This document shows, one piece after another, positions 39,562-49,910 of a stretch of DNA of 64,000 nucleotides. Location: positions 2,048,001-2,112,000 of the forward strand of contig CBDCTH010000012.1 of NCBI GenBank assembly GCA_965222155.1, written 5' to 3'. The stretch comes from Gammaproteobacteria bacterium. Lineage in GTDB: Bacteria > Pseudomonadota > Gammaproteobacteria > Eutrophobiales > Eutrophobiaceae. The stretch's first letter is position 1. The number at the start of each line of letters is the position of its first letter. The notes beneath the pieces were generated by a model that made no database searches, had not been told where the DNA came from, and saw only the letters and a program-made list of their open reading frames with translations. The position numbers and the translations under genes were made by a program.

Positions 39562-39997
39562 TGTTAGGAACAAATAAACTGTCCGGTCCCGTATCGGTGT
39601 ACTGGACAAGCATTATCATGTCAGCTTTTGGGAGGCAGGCCATGACGCGGACAAACTGGTTACAGGAGACAAAGCGGATGAGATTTGAAGAAGCCTATAG
39701 GGGTTGGACAGCGCGGCGATTAACCCAAGAGGACGCGGCACAGTAACCGGGCGTGTGTGCCCGGACCTGCCGACGTTACATCGACCGGTATGAAGACGCC
39801 GGGTTGGACGGGTTACTGGACAAGCGTCTCTCGCAGGTCTCGCACCGGCGGGCGCTCCCTGCGGCAGTTGGGTATTGAGATGATACCGGCGTATTCTCCG
39901 GCAGCCCGGGGGCGCTCGGAGCGGGCTTTCGGGACACACCCGGGACGCTTGCCGCAGGAATTGGCTGCGGTCGGTATTACCACGATGGATGCCGCCA
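39562..39997 (+). mobile_element. ISNCY/IS481-type transposase remnant
   Basis: TGT-starting end; RMRFEEAY..LTQEDAAQ*..RRYIDRYE..GLLDKR joined to LGIEMIPAYSPAARGRSERAF; stop codon and internal deletion. Confidence 0.75.
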
Positions 39998-40124
39998 AAA
40001 TATCCTCCGATTACCTATGGAGCGCACCTGTCAGAAATCATAGCAAAGGTTTATAACACAAACCCGTTGCAGGAAAACTGATAGCGATTCTTTTCTGTTC
40101 AGGTTTGCGTCTGAAGTCCTGCAA

Positions 40125-40733
40125 TCAAAACTCCAGTTTTCGATTGGGGTATTTTTCCATCATTTTCATATGGCCGTTCATCAATTGTCTTATCGGTTCC
40201 ATAGCCCACCGATATTGTTGTCTGTTAGTGTGTATTTCATTGGGATCGCGCATAATGTTAAAAATTTTCACCGTGTTCGGATAAAGCTTGATATTGTTCC
40301 ATCGAACAGCTTCAAGCCGTGTGCCGAGCCCTGTTCCGAAAACGCTGTACTTATAATGGAACAGGTAATCCCTGCGTGAAAATCCTTCCCCATTGATGAG
40401 TAATGACGTCTGGTTTACGCCATCGATTATCCTGTCACCGGGAATATTAGCCTGGGCGCCGGCAATGCTGGCTATCGTGGTGTACCAGTCAGTGATGTGA
40501 ACAAGATCCAGGGGTTTAGATCCCGGTTCGATAATCCCCGGCCACCACGCGATTGCCGGGGTTCTGACACCGCCTTCCTTTACCTCGTGTTTCCTTCCGC
40601 GCAGGTAACTGAAGCCAGCTGAAGGGTAAAAAGAATACATTGGCCCGTTATCGCTTGCCCATATAACAAGGGTGTTTTCTTCTATTTCCAATTGTTCCAG
40701 TTTTTCTCTCAGACGCCTTATATTCTTGTCGTG
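40125..40733 (-). pseudogene. Arylsulfatase C-terminal fragment
   Basis: ENTLVIWASDNGP, EGGVRTPAIAWWPG, IDGVN; N-terminal CxPxR motif absent. Confidence 0.8.
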
Positions 40734-41495
40734 TTGAAATATCTGTGCAGCCTGGCAATATGCCCTGTCCCGAAAGCATTGGCATCATTGGCGAAATTCT
40801 TCGTTATCTTGTTCGTCAGGTTACGTCCGACCAATGCGATTTCCCAGGTGTTCTCGTCGATGGTAATGGCAAGACGCCCATCGAGTTTCACGTAACCTGA
40901 CAGGAAGGTGAAGGGCTCAAGGTCCAGCGCCATGGCTATCCTGTCCTGGTAGTAGACCTGGAGAAATCCGATTACATTTATATTGGTTGCCAATTACCAG
41001 GAATATTCTGCATTTGCAGTAAAGGCCCAGTTTGGCGCATATTGCAAGGTCTTGTCATTCAGGTTCTGGGTTGCCGTTGCCGGACCTGGTCCATCGGGGT
41101 CTATGCACCCATCAGCTACGGTCTGCCCGACATAACAGGGCGCATTATTATATTTATCAAAACTTGCGTCCAGGTGTGCCATGGTCGCGTAAAGAAGTAG
41201 ATTTTCCATTGGTCACCAACGAATATCCGCTTCAATACCTTGAGTGACAGCGGATGCGGCATTACCCACATTGAAGGTGACTGAACCCTGTAATGTGCTT
41301 ACTTGCAAATTGTCAAATTCACTACGGAATAACGCAATATTTGCCTGAGCGGCGCCACCGGCAAAGGTCAACTTTGCTCTCACTTCGTACGCGGTTACAT
41401 CTTCATCTTCAAATTGAAAATTATCCAGAGCAGTGGCTTGGGGTGCGGAAAGCTGATGATCAAATCCCTCCCCTTGAAACCCCTGTCGATACTGC
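40734..41495 (-). pseudogene. TonB-dependent receptor fragments
   Basis: FEDEDVTAYE, NAASAVTQGIEAD, APNWAFT, WEIALVGRNLTN, broken by stops and deletions. Confidence 0.8.
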
Positions 41496-41598
41496 CGTGT
41501 AAACGGGAGCTGCCGGTCCTCCCGGGAGTCTTCTTCCGAGGGGCGTTCGCGTGTAGAGCACGGCCGGGAACTGTTCCTGGTCTGATTTGGGCCGCTGC

Positions 41599-42438
41599 TC
41601 ACTCACCTTGTTCAATATCGGACGACTGGTAATCCGGCGCTGAAATTTTGCTCTGCTCCATTCTTTCATAATTACGTGTATAAATTTCGCGTTTACGGGC
41701 AACAAAGCTCCGGATACGCGGGTAACGTGCATTCAAGAAATCTTCAGTCATGCCCAGTTCGGGGTCTGTCGGTATTGCTTCCAGCACGTCAATGTTGTCC
41801 AGGAGGCAGGCGCGTTTTGCCGGGTCTTCAACGGCAAGGCTGGCCGTGTATTCAATAAACCTGTATGCCTGCCTGTGCGATTCTCTGTCCTGACTTCTGA
41901 ATAAATCACTGAGAGCGTGGTTCAAGACCCTGACGGCCAATCTTGTGCGCTCTGTGCTGCGACCATCGGTTTGCCCGGATCGACGGTTTAGAATTCCATA
42001 CGTGTTGTATATCCTGCTGGCCAGGCAATGTGCCGGATGGAGCACCAGGACGGATTTTTGCGTATTCGGGTTCCTGGCCTTCTGTGCGTCCTTTCTTATG
42101 TGGTAGTTGTCGACTCCTATCATTACCTCAAGAAAATCGACGTTGATGGGCCGGCCGTCTTCAAGATTGAACTTCAGGTTTGCCGACATCGGGGTATGGG
42201 TGTCCATGTCCGGCACCCTGATTTCGCCTTTCCAGATTTTATGCATGGCAGCGGCCGAGTCCTGGTCGCCAAGAAAATCGATGTCATGACTGAAAAAAGG
42301 GGAGTATGTGTTCAGGGATGAGTCTTGTTGGGCATAATATTCCGCCCAGATATTGAGAGCCTGGCCGCCGATCAGGATGGCATCGTTATCATCTGGCAGG
42401 GATTCAAGGACCTTGGCAATGTCTCTGATCCGGAACAT
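41599..42438 (-). CDS. Hypothetical nucleotidyltransferase-fold protein
   Basis: LIGGQA...SHDIDF...VDFL pattern of pol-beta-like NTases; intact 279 aa. Confidence 0.65.
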   Translation of the reverse strand: MFRIRDIAKVLESLPDDNDAILIGGQALNIWAEYYAQQDSSLNTYSPFFSHDIDFLGDQDSAAAMHKIWKGEIRVPDMDTHTPMSANLKFNLEDGRPINVDFLEVMIGVDNYHIRKDAQKARNPNTQKSVLVLHPAHCLASRIYNTYGILNRRSGQTDGRSTERTRLAVRVLNHALSDLFRSQDRESHRQAYRFIEYTASLAVEDPAKRACLLDNIDVLEAIPTDPELGMTEDFLNARYPRIRSFVARKREIYTRNYERMEQSKISAPDYQSSDIEQGE

Positions 42439-42684
42439 CTATTCATACCACATGGGACCCTTTTCATTCCAGGGAACAAGCTCAAAGTCGTCATCCCAGT
42501 GGATGCAGTTTCTTTTCCGCAGTTCTTCCGGCGAAATGAGACCTTTTTCAATATCCTCGCGCATTTTTCTGTATTCGGCTTCTTTTTCCTCTTCGAACAC
42601 GCGCCCGGGCACAACGATTATGTTCAGTTCACTATCATCTGGTTTGGAGTGCTTCATAACATGCTTACCCAGGTTCGCGGTCAC
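42439..42684 (-). CDS. Small hypothetical protein
   Basis: 81-aa charged ORF whose stop abuts the NTase ATG. Confidence 0.5.
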   Translation of the reverse strand: MTANLGKHVMKHSKPDDSELNIIVVPGRVFEEEKEAEYRKMREDIEKGLISPEELRKRNCIHWDDDFELVPWNEKGPMWYE

Positions 42685-42835
42685 GGTATCTTATTATTTT
42701 AACACAGGAATTCCCGATATTGACCTGCCCTTCTTCCGTTCCACGGGCAGCAGATGAAAAATCTGCGGATGACGGCTTCGACACCATAATTTATCCTATT
42801 GAATTTTAACAGATAATATTTTGAGCAAATTAAAA

Positions 42836-42921
42836 TGGTGCCGATGGCCGGAGTCGAACCGGCACGCCTTTTGGGCACTGCCCCCTCAAGACAGCGTGTC
42901 TACCAATTCCACCACATCGGC
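42836..42921 (-). tRNA. tRNA-Leu (GAG)
   Basis: GCCGATG/CATCGGC acceptor stem, anticodon loop TTGAGGG, long variable arm, GTTCGA, encoded CCA; follows secG. Confidence 0.97.
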
Positions 42922-42942
42922 ACGGTCTGGAAAATCTCTTTG

Positions 42943-43314
42943 TTATTCCGGAATGGACGGGATATCCGATTCAGGCACGTCCACGGGTATATTGGCGGGA
43001 TCGAACTGAGGCTCTTCAACCGGCTGCTCAAGCACCATCGGCTCAATTATATTCAATTCCCTTGCCTCCATGCTGCGCTCCTTGGCCATCCAGGCCAGGG
43101 CCAGGCTGTTTATCAGGAATACAAAGGCCAGGGCTGCCGTTGTCTTGGTCAGGAAATTGCCGGAACCCGATGCGCCGAAGACGGTAGCCGATGCGCCGCT
43201 GCCGAACGCCGCGCCGGCATCCGCGCCCTTGCCGTGCTGTATCAGGATAAAACCGATTAATGCCATAGCACAGACCACCTGCACTACCAGTAATAGAGCT
43301 TGTAACGTTTCCAT
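42943..43314 (-). CDS. secG: Preprotein translocase subunit SecG
   Basis: ILIQHGKGADAGAAFGSGASATVFG, NFLTKTT. Confidence 0.97.
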   Translation of the reverse strand: METLQALLLVVQVVCAMALIGFILIQHGKGADAGAAFGSGASATVFGASGSGNFLTKTTAALAFVFLINSLALAWMAKERSMEARELNIIEPMVLEQPVEEPQFDPANIPVDVPESDIPSIPE

Positions 43315-43316
43315 TT

Positions 43317-44072
43317 TTACCTCGCTGCCCGGCAGATTGCCAGGAAATCTTCAACATTTAATGATGCGCCGCCTATCAGCCCACCATCCACGTCCGCCAT
43401 GGAAAACAATGCTGCGGCGTTATCCGCCTTCACACTGCCTCCGTACAGGATACGCAGGTCGTCGGCAATCCGGTCATCGTGCCGGGCCACCTGCAGCCGG
43501 ATGAAGCTGTGGGCCGCCTGGGCCTGCTCCGGCAATGCGGTGCGCCCTGTTCCGATAGCCCATACCGGCTCATAAGCGATCACAACGCCGCCAAAGGCAT
43601 CTATTCCTGTTTTTGCGATCACCGCGTCCAGTTGTTCGGATAATACCTGTTCGGTCATGTCTGCCTCTCTCTCAGGCAATCGCTCTCCCAGACAAAGTAT
43701 GACCTTCAGCCCGCTCTCCCGGGCGAAACAGAACTTGTTCGCCACCGTCTCATTGGTTTCGGCGAAGATATGGCGTCGTTCCGAGTGGCCGATGATAACA
43801 TATCGGCAACCATAATCTTTCAGCATATCCACCGATATCTCACCCGTGTAGGCACCGTTTGCATATTCCGACACCGTCTGCGCCCCCAGCCCGATGGCGC
43901 TACCGGTCAGTTGCTGCGCCGCCAGCGGAATATGGATATAGGGCGGGCAGACCAGGACTTCTACTCCGTCCACAGGCAGGCCCTGCCTGAACCCGCGCAA
44001 CAGCGCGGTGACGGACACGCGGCTGCCGTTCATCTTCCAGTTGGCCGCTACCAGGGGTTGTCTGCTGGTCAT
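43317..44072 (-). CDS. tpiA: Triosephosphate isomerase
   Basis: ANWKMNG, GHSERR, AYEPVWAIGTG, YGGSV. Confidence 0.98.
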   Translation of the reverse strand: MTSRQPLVAANWKMNGSRVSVTALLRGFRQGLPVDGVEVLVCPPYIHIPLAAQQLTGSAIGLGAQTVSEYANGAYTGEISVDMLKDYGCRYVIIGHSERRHIFAETNETVANKFCFARESGLKVILCLGERLPEREADMTEQVLSEQLDAVIAKTGIDAFGGVVIAYEPVWAIGTGRTALPEQAQAAHSFIRLQVARHDDRIADDLRILYGGSVKADNAAALFSMADVDGGLIGGASLNVEDFLAICRAAR

Positions 44073-44168
44073 AACGGATGGTTTACCGACTCAATACAAA
44101 AAGGGATGTCAAGATTAACGGAACTATCTGAAAAGTCAAAGGAGATGTCAATCTTCCCGGGTCTTTTG

Positions 44169-44344
44169 CAGGTGCTCCCGCTAACTCGAAGTCAATACAG
44201 TGATTCTTGCCGGATTCGAAGACAGAGGGGACAGATTTAAATCTGTCCCCCAGGAGTTACGGGCATTTTCCCCTGGGAGGGAGGGCGTCTCGCCCTCCAA
44301 GAGGGCAGGATGCCCTCGATCCCGGGAGTTAGCGGGAACTGCTG
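44169..44344 (-). mobile_element. ~176-bp MITE copy 2
   Basis: CAGGTGCTCCCGCTAA / TTAGCGGGAACTGCTG; perfect TSD ggtcttttg (44160-44168, 44345-44353). Confidence 0.92.
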
Positions 44345-44402
44345 GGTCTTTTGTTACAGCCGCAGCGCATTCCGGTGCGACTCACACCTGTTGAGATCAG
44401 TC

Positions 44403-45380
44403 TTACTCGAAAACTGACGCCTTCAATTTGTATTCACGGGGAGTGCAGTCGTAGTATTGCTTAAACCTGCGATAAAAATAGGGAAGACTGCTGAAGCCGC
44501 ACTGGTAGGCAATCGCGTCGGTATTGCGGTTTATGTTCCGGGAACAGCTTAATAATTCCGTGCATTTCTCCAGACGGCGTTTGCAGATCCAGCGGGTTAT
44601 CGATGTATTTTCCCTGGCAAACAGCTTGTTCAGGTAACGCACCGTCACGCAATGGGCTGATGCTACCTGTTCCGGGTTGAGATCATGATTCAATAGGTGG
44701 TAGTCGATATACGACTTGACCCTGTGCAGCAAGGCACTACTGCTGCTGGAAAACTGCCCGTCCCTGTTACGAAAACTGCTGGATACCGCAGCAGTGATGG
44801 TATCGAGTATCGCGTTGGTTACGGTAGTACTTGTCTCGGTGTTGCCTGATTGCAACTGGCTGTTGAGCGATAGCACCATATCGAAGGCCAGTCTGACCAT
44901 GGTGTTACGCGGGTCGAGCGGCACCGTGGTGATTTCATTCAGGTAGGGTATTCTATGAATGAATTCCCTGCGCGGTACGCGCAAGAACAGATTTTTTACT
45001 CCACTGCCTCCACGACCACGGCCGCTATGGGGCAACCTGGAGTCATATAAGACCATATCACCCGGCCTTAAGTGGGCAGTACGGCCTGCTTGATTGACAA
45101 TAGTTGTGCCTTCAATTTGTACGTTGAGAAGGGCAAACTCATCTCTGGATTGACAGGTACGCCGCAGGTCACGGGATACGGTAAAGGATTCCCGGCTCAG
45201 TACATCAATCAGACTCAGGTGGCCCAGGTCATATGTGATCAACCTCCCCTCGAACCGGGGCACGCTCATACAGGGCACATCAATGCTGGTATTGACGTCT
45301 AACACGTAATCACAAATTACCTCGTTCCAATAGGCGATTCGCTCCTTGCTGGGAAGATTTTCAGTCGTGAAAATTTGCAT
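44403..45380 (-). CDS. AraC family regulator (FeaR-like)
   Basis: ERIAYW N-terminus, LRPGDMVLYDS, C-terminal double HTH (IAYQCGFSSLPYFYRRFK). Confidence 0.92.
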   Translation of the reverse strand: MQIFTTENLPSKERIAYWNEVICDYVLDVNTSIDVPCMSVPRFEGRLITYDLGHLSLIDVLSRESFTVSRDLRRTCQSRDEFALLNVQIEGTTIVNQAGRTAHLRPGDMVLYDSRLPHSGRGRGGSGVKNLFLRVPRREFIHRIPYLNEITTVPLDPRNTMVRLAFDMVLSLNSQLQSGNTETSTTVTNAILDTITAAVSSSFRNRDGQFSSSSSALLHRVKSYIDYHLLNHDLNPEQVASAHCVTVRYLNKLFARENTSITRWICKRRLEKCTELLSCSRNINRNTDAIAYQCGFSSLPYFYRRFKQYYDCTPREYKLKASVFE

Positions 45381-45588
45381 GTGCCCTGGCTACAAAGAAA
45401 GTTGACTAACCAACAGAATTGTAGAACATATTTACAACAACACAACAAAAAAAGGGTATTTATTCCTGTTAACCCCAGTTTTATTCCTTATAGGGTATAA
45501 ACAGGTTCCGTATAGGAGACGACTCAATACCGGTTTGGTTAGTACGCTGGTTTCTTTACTCTGGTCTGGAGATAATGGAGAATTTGTC

Positions 45589-47811
45589 ATGATCAATCGT
45601 ATTGCATATGTGTTTTTTATCCTGGCTGGTTTGCTCGCACAACCTGTTGTGACTGCACAACAACTGGAAGAAATCGTGGTTACCGCTCAGCGACGGGCAG
45701 AGAGTCTGCAAGACGTTCCCATCACCATCTACGCGTTGAGTGGAGAACAGTTATCAGAATCAGGGATCGAATACACGACGGACTTACAATTCCATGTGCC
45801 GGGCTTCGTACTCAGCCCGAATGCACACTTTGGCTTGCCTTTCCTGCGCGGTGTAGGCACGGACCAAGTCACGGTAGGTCTGGAAGGATCCGTCGCGGTT
45901 CATTCCAACGGCGTTTATCTGCCCAGGCTGGTCAGTTCGATCTCGGACTTTTACGATATTGAGCGCGTTGAAGTGATTAAGGGTCCACAGGGTACCCTGT
46001 TCGGACGCAATGCGACCGGTGGCGTGATTAACATATTCCCCAGACAACCAGAAGAGGAATTCGGCGGTTACGTCGATTTCAGCGCCGGCAATTATGAAAC
46101 CATTCGTGTGAGCGGGGCCGTGAACGTACCGCTGGCGCAAGATAAGGCCATTTTGCGCATCGCCGCTCTGGGCAGTTTTGATGACGGTTATGCGACCAAT
46201 CCTTATCTCAGCGAGGGTAGTGAGGAAACCGACGTGGTCTCTTTCCGTTCACAACTGTTGCTCCAGGTGACGGATGATTTATCAATCCGGTTGTTCGGCG
46301 ATTATACGAAGGATGAAAGCAGCCGCGGACAAGGCGTACAACTCCAGCCCGTATTTGCCTCCAATCTCGGCGTTGCCTTCGGCGCTCCCCTCCACACTGA
46401 CATCAGGACACAGAGCGGAGATGCCCTGAATCAGCTTGACCTTGAGGATTACGGGTTTGGCGCTGAGATTATCTGGGACCTGGGTTCAATGGAATTCAAG
46501 TCCTTAAGCAGTTACCGGGAATATGAACAGACCTGGGCACTGGATTTCGACGTGTCTGAATTAAACCTGATATTCTCTGCGCCATCGGAAAGTTCAGAAT
46601 CGGTATTGCAGGAGTTCCAGTTAGCGTCGACCGGTGACGCAGCGCTTGAATGGCTTGTGGGCGCCTTTCTCTTTTTTGAGGAGCCGGAACAGGACTTTCG
46701 CCTCATTTTCGGCGCCGCACCTCTGGGCGGCACGGCGCTGGCCGCTAGCGGATTATACGACCAGGGAATCGCTGATGTTACCCGCGTCGAGACGGAAGCC
46801 TATGCCGTATTCGGGCAATTCAGTTACAGCTTTAGCGAGCAGTGGCGCGCTACTCTGGGTCTGCGTTACAGTTATGAGCAGAAAGATGTAGACTACAACT
46901 TCACTTTACTGAATATTCCGACGCCGGCAACGGCTGCCGACCTTATCGCAAACAGGCCGGCATTGGGATTCAGTCCGTTCGGTGATTCGCCGCAAAACAG
47001 TTGGAGCGCCTTCACACCCAAGTTCGGTATCGAGTACATCATGTCGGACGACATCCTCTGGTTTGCATCAGCAACCCGGGGTTTTAAATCCGGCGGCTTC
47101 AACTCCTTGCTGTTCGGCGCCTCGACAACCCTCGAATCGGTCGATGAAGAATTCATCTGGTCCTATGAAGGTGGGGTAAAAACCACTCTCATAGATGGCC
47201 GCCTGCGGGCCAATGCAGCTTTTTTCTATTACGATTACAGCGACCTGCAACAGAATGTATTAACGCAAGAGGCTATCGCGGCAGGCAACGGTTTCGCCAG
47301 TGTGCGTAATGTCGGCGATGCTGAGGTGTGGGGCCTGGAACTGGAACTGGATTTAGCTGCAACGGGTAATCTGTTTTTTGATGGTCAGCTCGCGTACCTG
47401 AATACTGAAATCGAACAACTGCAGGCACCGGACCCCAACAATCCTGTCGATGTTGACCAGGACGGCAATGACCTTCCCAAGGCGCCCGAGTTCAGCGTCA
47501 GCCTCGGCGCTGAATATCATATGCCGCTTGAAGACCTGGGCAGACTGATCCTGCGGATGGAATACAGCTATCGTGACAGGATTTTCTATACCTTGTTCAA
47601 TGATCCCCTGGCAGCCGCCGACTCCCACGACATCGTAAACGGACGCCTGACATTGAACAGCCGGGATGATAAATGGAGTGCGGCGCTGTATGTAAGAAAC
47701 CTGCTGGATGAGGATTATGAGATCGGGGGCTTTCGTGGCGGCGCCTTCGGCAACGTAGTCGAGTTCGGGCGGCCGCGGACTTATGGTATTAACCTTAAGT
47801 ATAATTTTTAA
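45589..47811 (+). CDS. TonB-dependent receptor
   Basis: Signal peptide, LEEIVVTAQRR, ERVEVIKGPQGTLFGRNATGG, C-terminal PRTYGINLKYNF. Confidence 0.95.
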   Translation: MINRIAYVFFILAGLLAQPVVTAQQLEEIVVTAQRRAESLQDVPITIYALSGEQLSESGIEYTTDLQFHVPGFVLSPNAHFGLPFLRGVGTDQVTVGLEGSVAVHSNGVYLPRLVSSISDFYDIERVEVIKGPQGTLFGRNATGGVINIFPRQPEEEFGGYVDFSAGNYETIRVSGAVNVPLAQDKAILRIAALGSFDDGYATNPYLSEGSEETDVVSFRSQLLLQVTDDLSIRLFGDYTKDESSRGQGVQLQPVFASNLGVAFGAPLHTDIRTQSGDALNQLDLEDYGFGAEIIWDLGSMEFKSLSSYREYEQTWALDFDVSELNLIFSAPSESSESVLQEFQLASTGDAALEWLVGAFLFFEEPEQDFRLIFGAAPLGGTALAASGLYDQGIADVTRVETEAYAVFGQFSYSFSEQWRATLGLRYSYEQKDVDYNFTLLNIPTPATAADLIANRPALGFSPFGDSPQNSWSAFTPKFGIEYIMSDDILWFASATRGFKSGGFNSLLFGASTTLESVDEEFIWSYEGGVKTTLIDGRLRANAAFFYYDYSDLQQNVLTQEAIAAGNGFASVRNVGDAEVWGLELELDLAATGNLFFDGQLAYLNTEIEQLQAPDPNNPVDVDQDGNDLPKAPEFSVSLGAEYHMPLEDLGRLILRMEYSYRDRIFYTLFNDPLAAADSHDIVNGRLTLNSRDDKWSAALYVRNLLDEDYEIGGFRGGAFGNVVEFGRPRTYGINLKYNF

Positions 47812-47922
47812 TTTGTCCGATCCCGTATAATCCTTCCCCGGTCCGACCGGGGTCAGGGGTATGTCGCTTGCTTACGCCATAGAATACATAGCATAAACGA
47901 CCAATAACAAGACAGTGGGATC

Positions 47923-48762
47923 ATGTCCCAGGCAAAGAATTTATCCGTTACAGACAGTCAACCCGGGGGTGATGCCGTGTTGAGTTTTATTCACACAGGC
48001 CCTGATGCAGACACGGCAGGCAATCTTGTTTTTCTGCACGGATTAATGATGAGCAAAGAGGTCTGGAACTCCCAGATCAGTCACTTCTCCGACAAATACA
48101 GAATCATTGCCATAGACCTTGCAGGTTTTGGTGATTCCTCAAGCATTGTACCGCCGGATTCATACGCAGGACACGCACGGGACGTCCATGACTTGCTGCA
48201 ACATCTTCAAATAAGCAACGTTCATCTGGTTGGCTGGTCGATGGGCGCTCTTGTTGCAATTAACTTTGCAGATTTATTCCACCCTGAGTTGAATACCCTG
48301 ACCCTGGTTAATGCTAACGCCAATGGGATAAGATCGGCAGATTTTCCCTGGGGCATAGAAAGCGGCACGTTGTCTGCAATGATGGAGACCCTGGAGCAAG
48401 ACCCGGCGTTCATGGCTGAAAAATTCGTGACTCAGATATTATCCGGTTCCACTGACAAGGCGCTGTATGAAAAAATCCTGAATATCGTCAATCAGACAAC
48501 CCCGGAGGTCGCATTGCATCACTTGCGGCTTGCGATTGAGAGTGATTCACGGGCAATGCTGGGCAGCATACGGTCTCCGACACTCTTAATTAATGGAGAA
48601 CTCGATATATTCAGCACTACACAGGCTAATGAATATATGGCACAGCACATAAAACAGGTGACCTGGACTGAGATCCCGCGTACCGGACATGCTCCATTTT
48701 TAACGGAACCGGTGAAATTTAATCATTGCCTGGAACACTTTTTAAGAAATGCCGCCTCATAA
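47923..48762 (+). CDS. Alpha/beta hydrolase
   Basis: FLHG, DLAGFGDS, GWSMG nucleophile, GHAPF. Confidence 0.92.
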   Translation: MSQAKNLSVTDSQPGGDAVLSFIHTGPDADTAGNLVFLHGLMMSKEVWNSQISHFSDKYRIIAIDLAGFGDSSSIVPPDSYAGHARDVHDLLQHLQISNVHLVGWSMGALVAINFADLFHPELNTLTLVNANANGIRSADFPWGIESGTLSAMMETLEQDPAFMAEKFVTQILSGSTDKALYEKILNIVNQTTPEVALHHLRLAIESDSRAMLGSIRSPTLLINGELDIFSTTQANEYMAQHIKQVTWTEIPRTGHAPFLTEPVKFNHCLEHFLRNAAS

Positions 48763-48764
48763 CC

Positions 48765-49910
48765 ATGTCTGTTTCTGAATACTTCAGCGAAACATACCAG
48801 CAGGCTCGTAATAAGTTTCTGGAGGTTTGTGAAAACCATCAATTGGACGTCTGGAGTTATCAAAATCCTGTTGTGAAAGGAGCCGAGGGCGAAGCACTTT
48901 ATACCGACATCGCAGTGGTAGGGGATACAGGCGCAAACAAGGTGTTGATTATTTCTTCAGGGACACACGGTGTCGAAGGTTATTGCGGATCGGCATTACA
49001 AGTTTATGCCTTGGAACAGGGGTTGCATGACATTGTCAGCCACGATTGCGTTTGTTATATCGTCCATGCAATAAATCCTTACGGTTTTTCTCATCATCGG
49101 CGGGTCAATGAGGATAACGTCGATTTAAATCGCAATTTCATCGATTTTACGCAGCCGCTGCCGGACAACTCAAACTACCGGATGTTCAAGGAATTTATGC
49201 ATAAATTCACTCAAGAAGCCGGAGGTCGTACTGCAACGGATGCTGCTTGTGCGTATATAGAGAAATATGGTGAAAAGAAGTATCAGAAGGCCATTACTTC
49301 AGGCCAGTATACCGATGAAACGGATATTTATTTTGGCGGGAAGCAAGCGACCTGGAGTAACGTAATGTGGATGAATTTTATAAAACAAGTGGTTTCGCAT
49401 GCATCCCATGTTATCCATATTGATATCCATACCGGACTCGGCCCTTTCGGGAAGCAGACACTGATATATACTGGAGACCCGTCAAAACCAGCCTTCCAGA
49501 TGGCCTGTCAGTGCTATGGGAAAACCAACCTGCTGGTGCCTGGTGATGAACTGACTCCCAATGTCAATGGCCCGTTAACCTCCTCTTTTAACATTGTTAA
49601 AGATAGAACACACGTGATCGGCGTGGCGCCTGAATTTGGTACGGTATCACTCCAGGAGATGCTGGGCACACTGATTGATGAAAATATATTATGGGGTGAT
49701 GTCCATGGCGCTGCAGGTGAACGAATGGAGATTATTAAAAGAATGCGTCGTTGTTTTTGTCCTGATGATCCCGGTTGGGCCAAAGATGTATGGACACAAT
49801 TTAAAAAATGCCTGAAAAAATCAATCGATTATTTGGGCAATAATGCGTCAATGTCCTCCGGTTTCAATTCCCAGCACTGGCCGGGGCGCTTGATACGGGG
49901 CAGGTTGTAA
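48765..49910 (+). CDS. DUF2817 / M14-like Zn metallopeptidase
   Basis: SGTHGVEG (HxxE), NVDLNRN, DIHTGLG, PEFGT; 3' end overlaps rluB antisense. Confidence 0.85.
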   Translation: MSVSEYFSETYQQARNKFLEVCENHQLDVWSYQNPVVKGAEGEALYTDIAVVGDTGANKVLIISSGTHGVEGYCGSALQVYALEQGLHDIVSHDCVCYIVHAINPYGFSHHRRVNEDNVDLNRNFIDFTQPLPDNSNYRMFKEFMHKFTQEAGGRTATDAACAYIEKYGEKKYQKAITSGQYTDETDIYFGGKQATWSNVMWMNFIKQVVSHASHVIHIDIHTGLGPFGKQTLIYTGDPSKPAFQMACQCYGKTNLLVPGDELTPNVNGPLTSSFNIVKDRTHVIGVAPEFGTVSLQEMLGTLIDENILWGDVHGAAGERMEIIKRMRRCFCPDDPGWAKDVWTQFKKCLKKSIDYLGNNASMSSGFNSQHWPGRLIRGRL

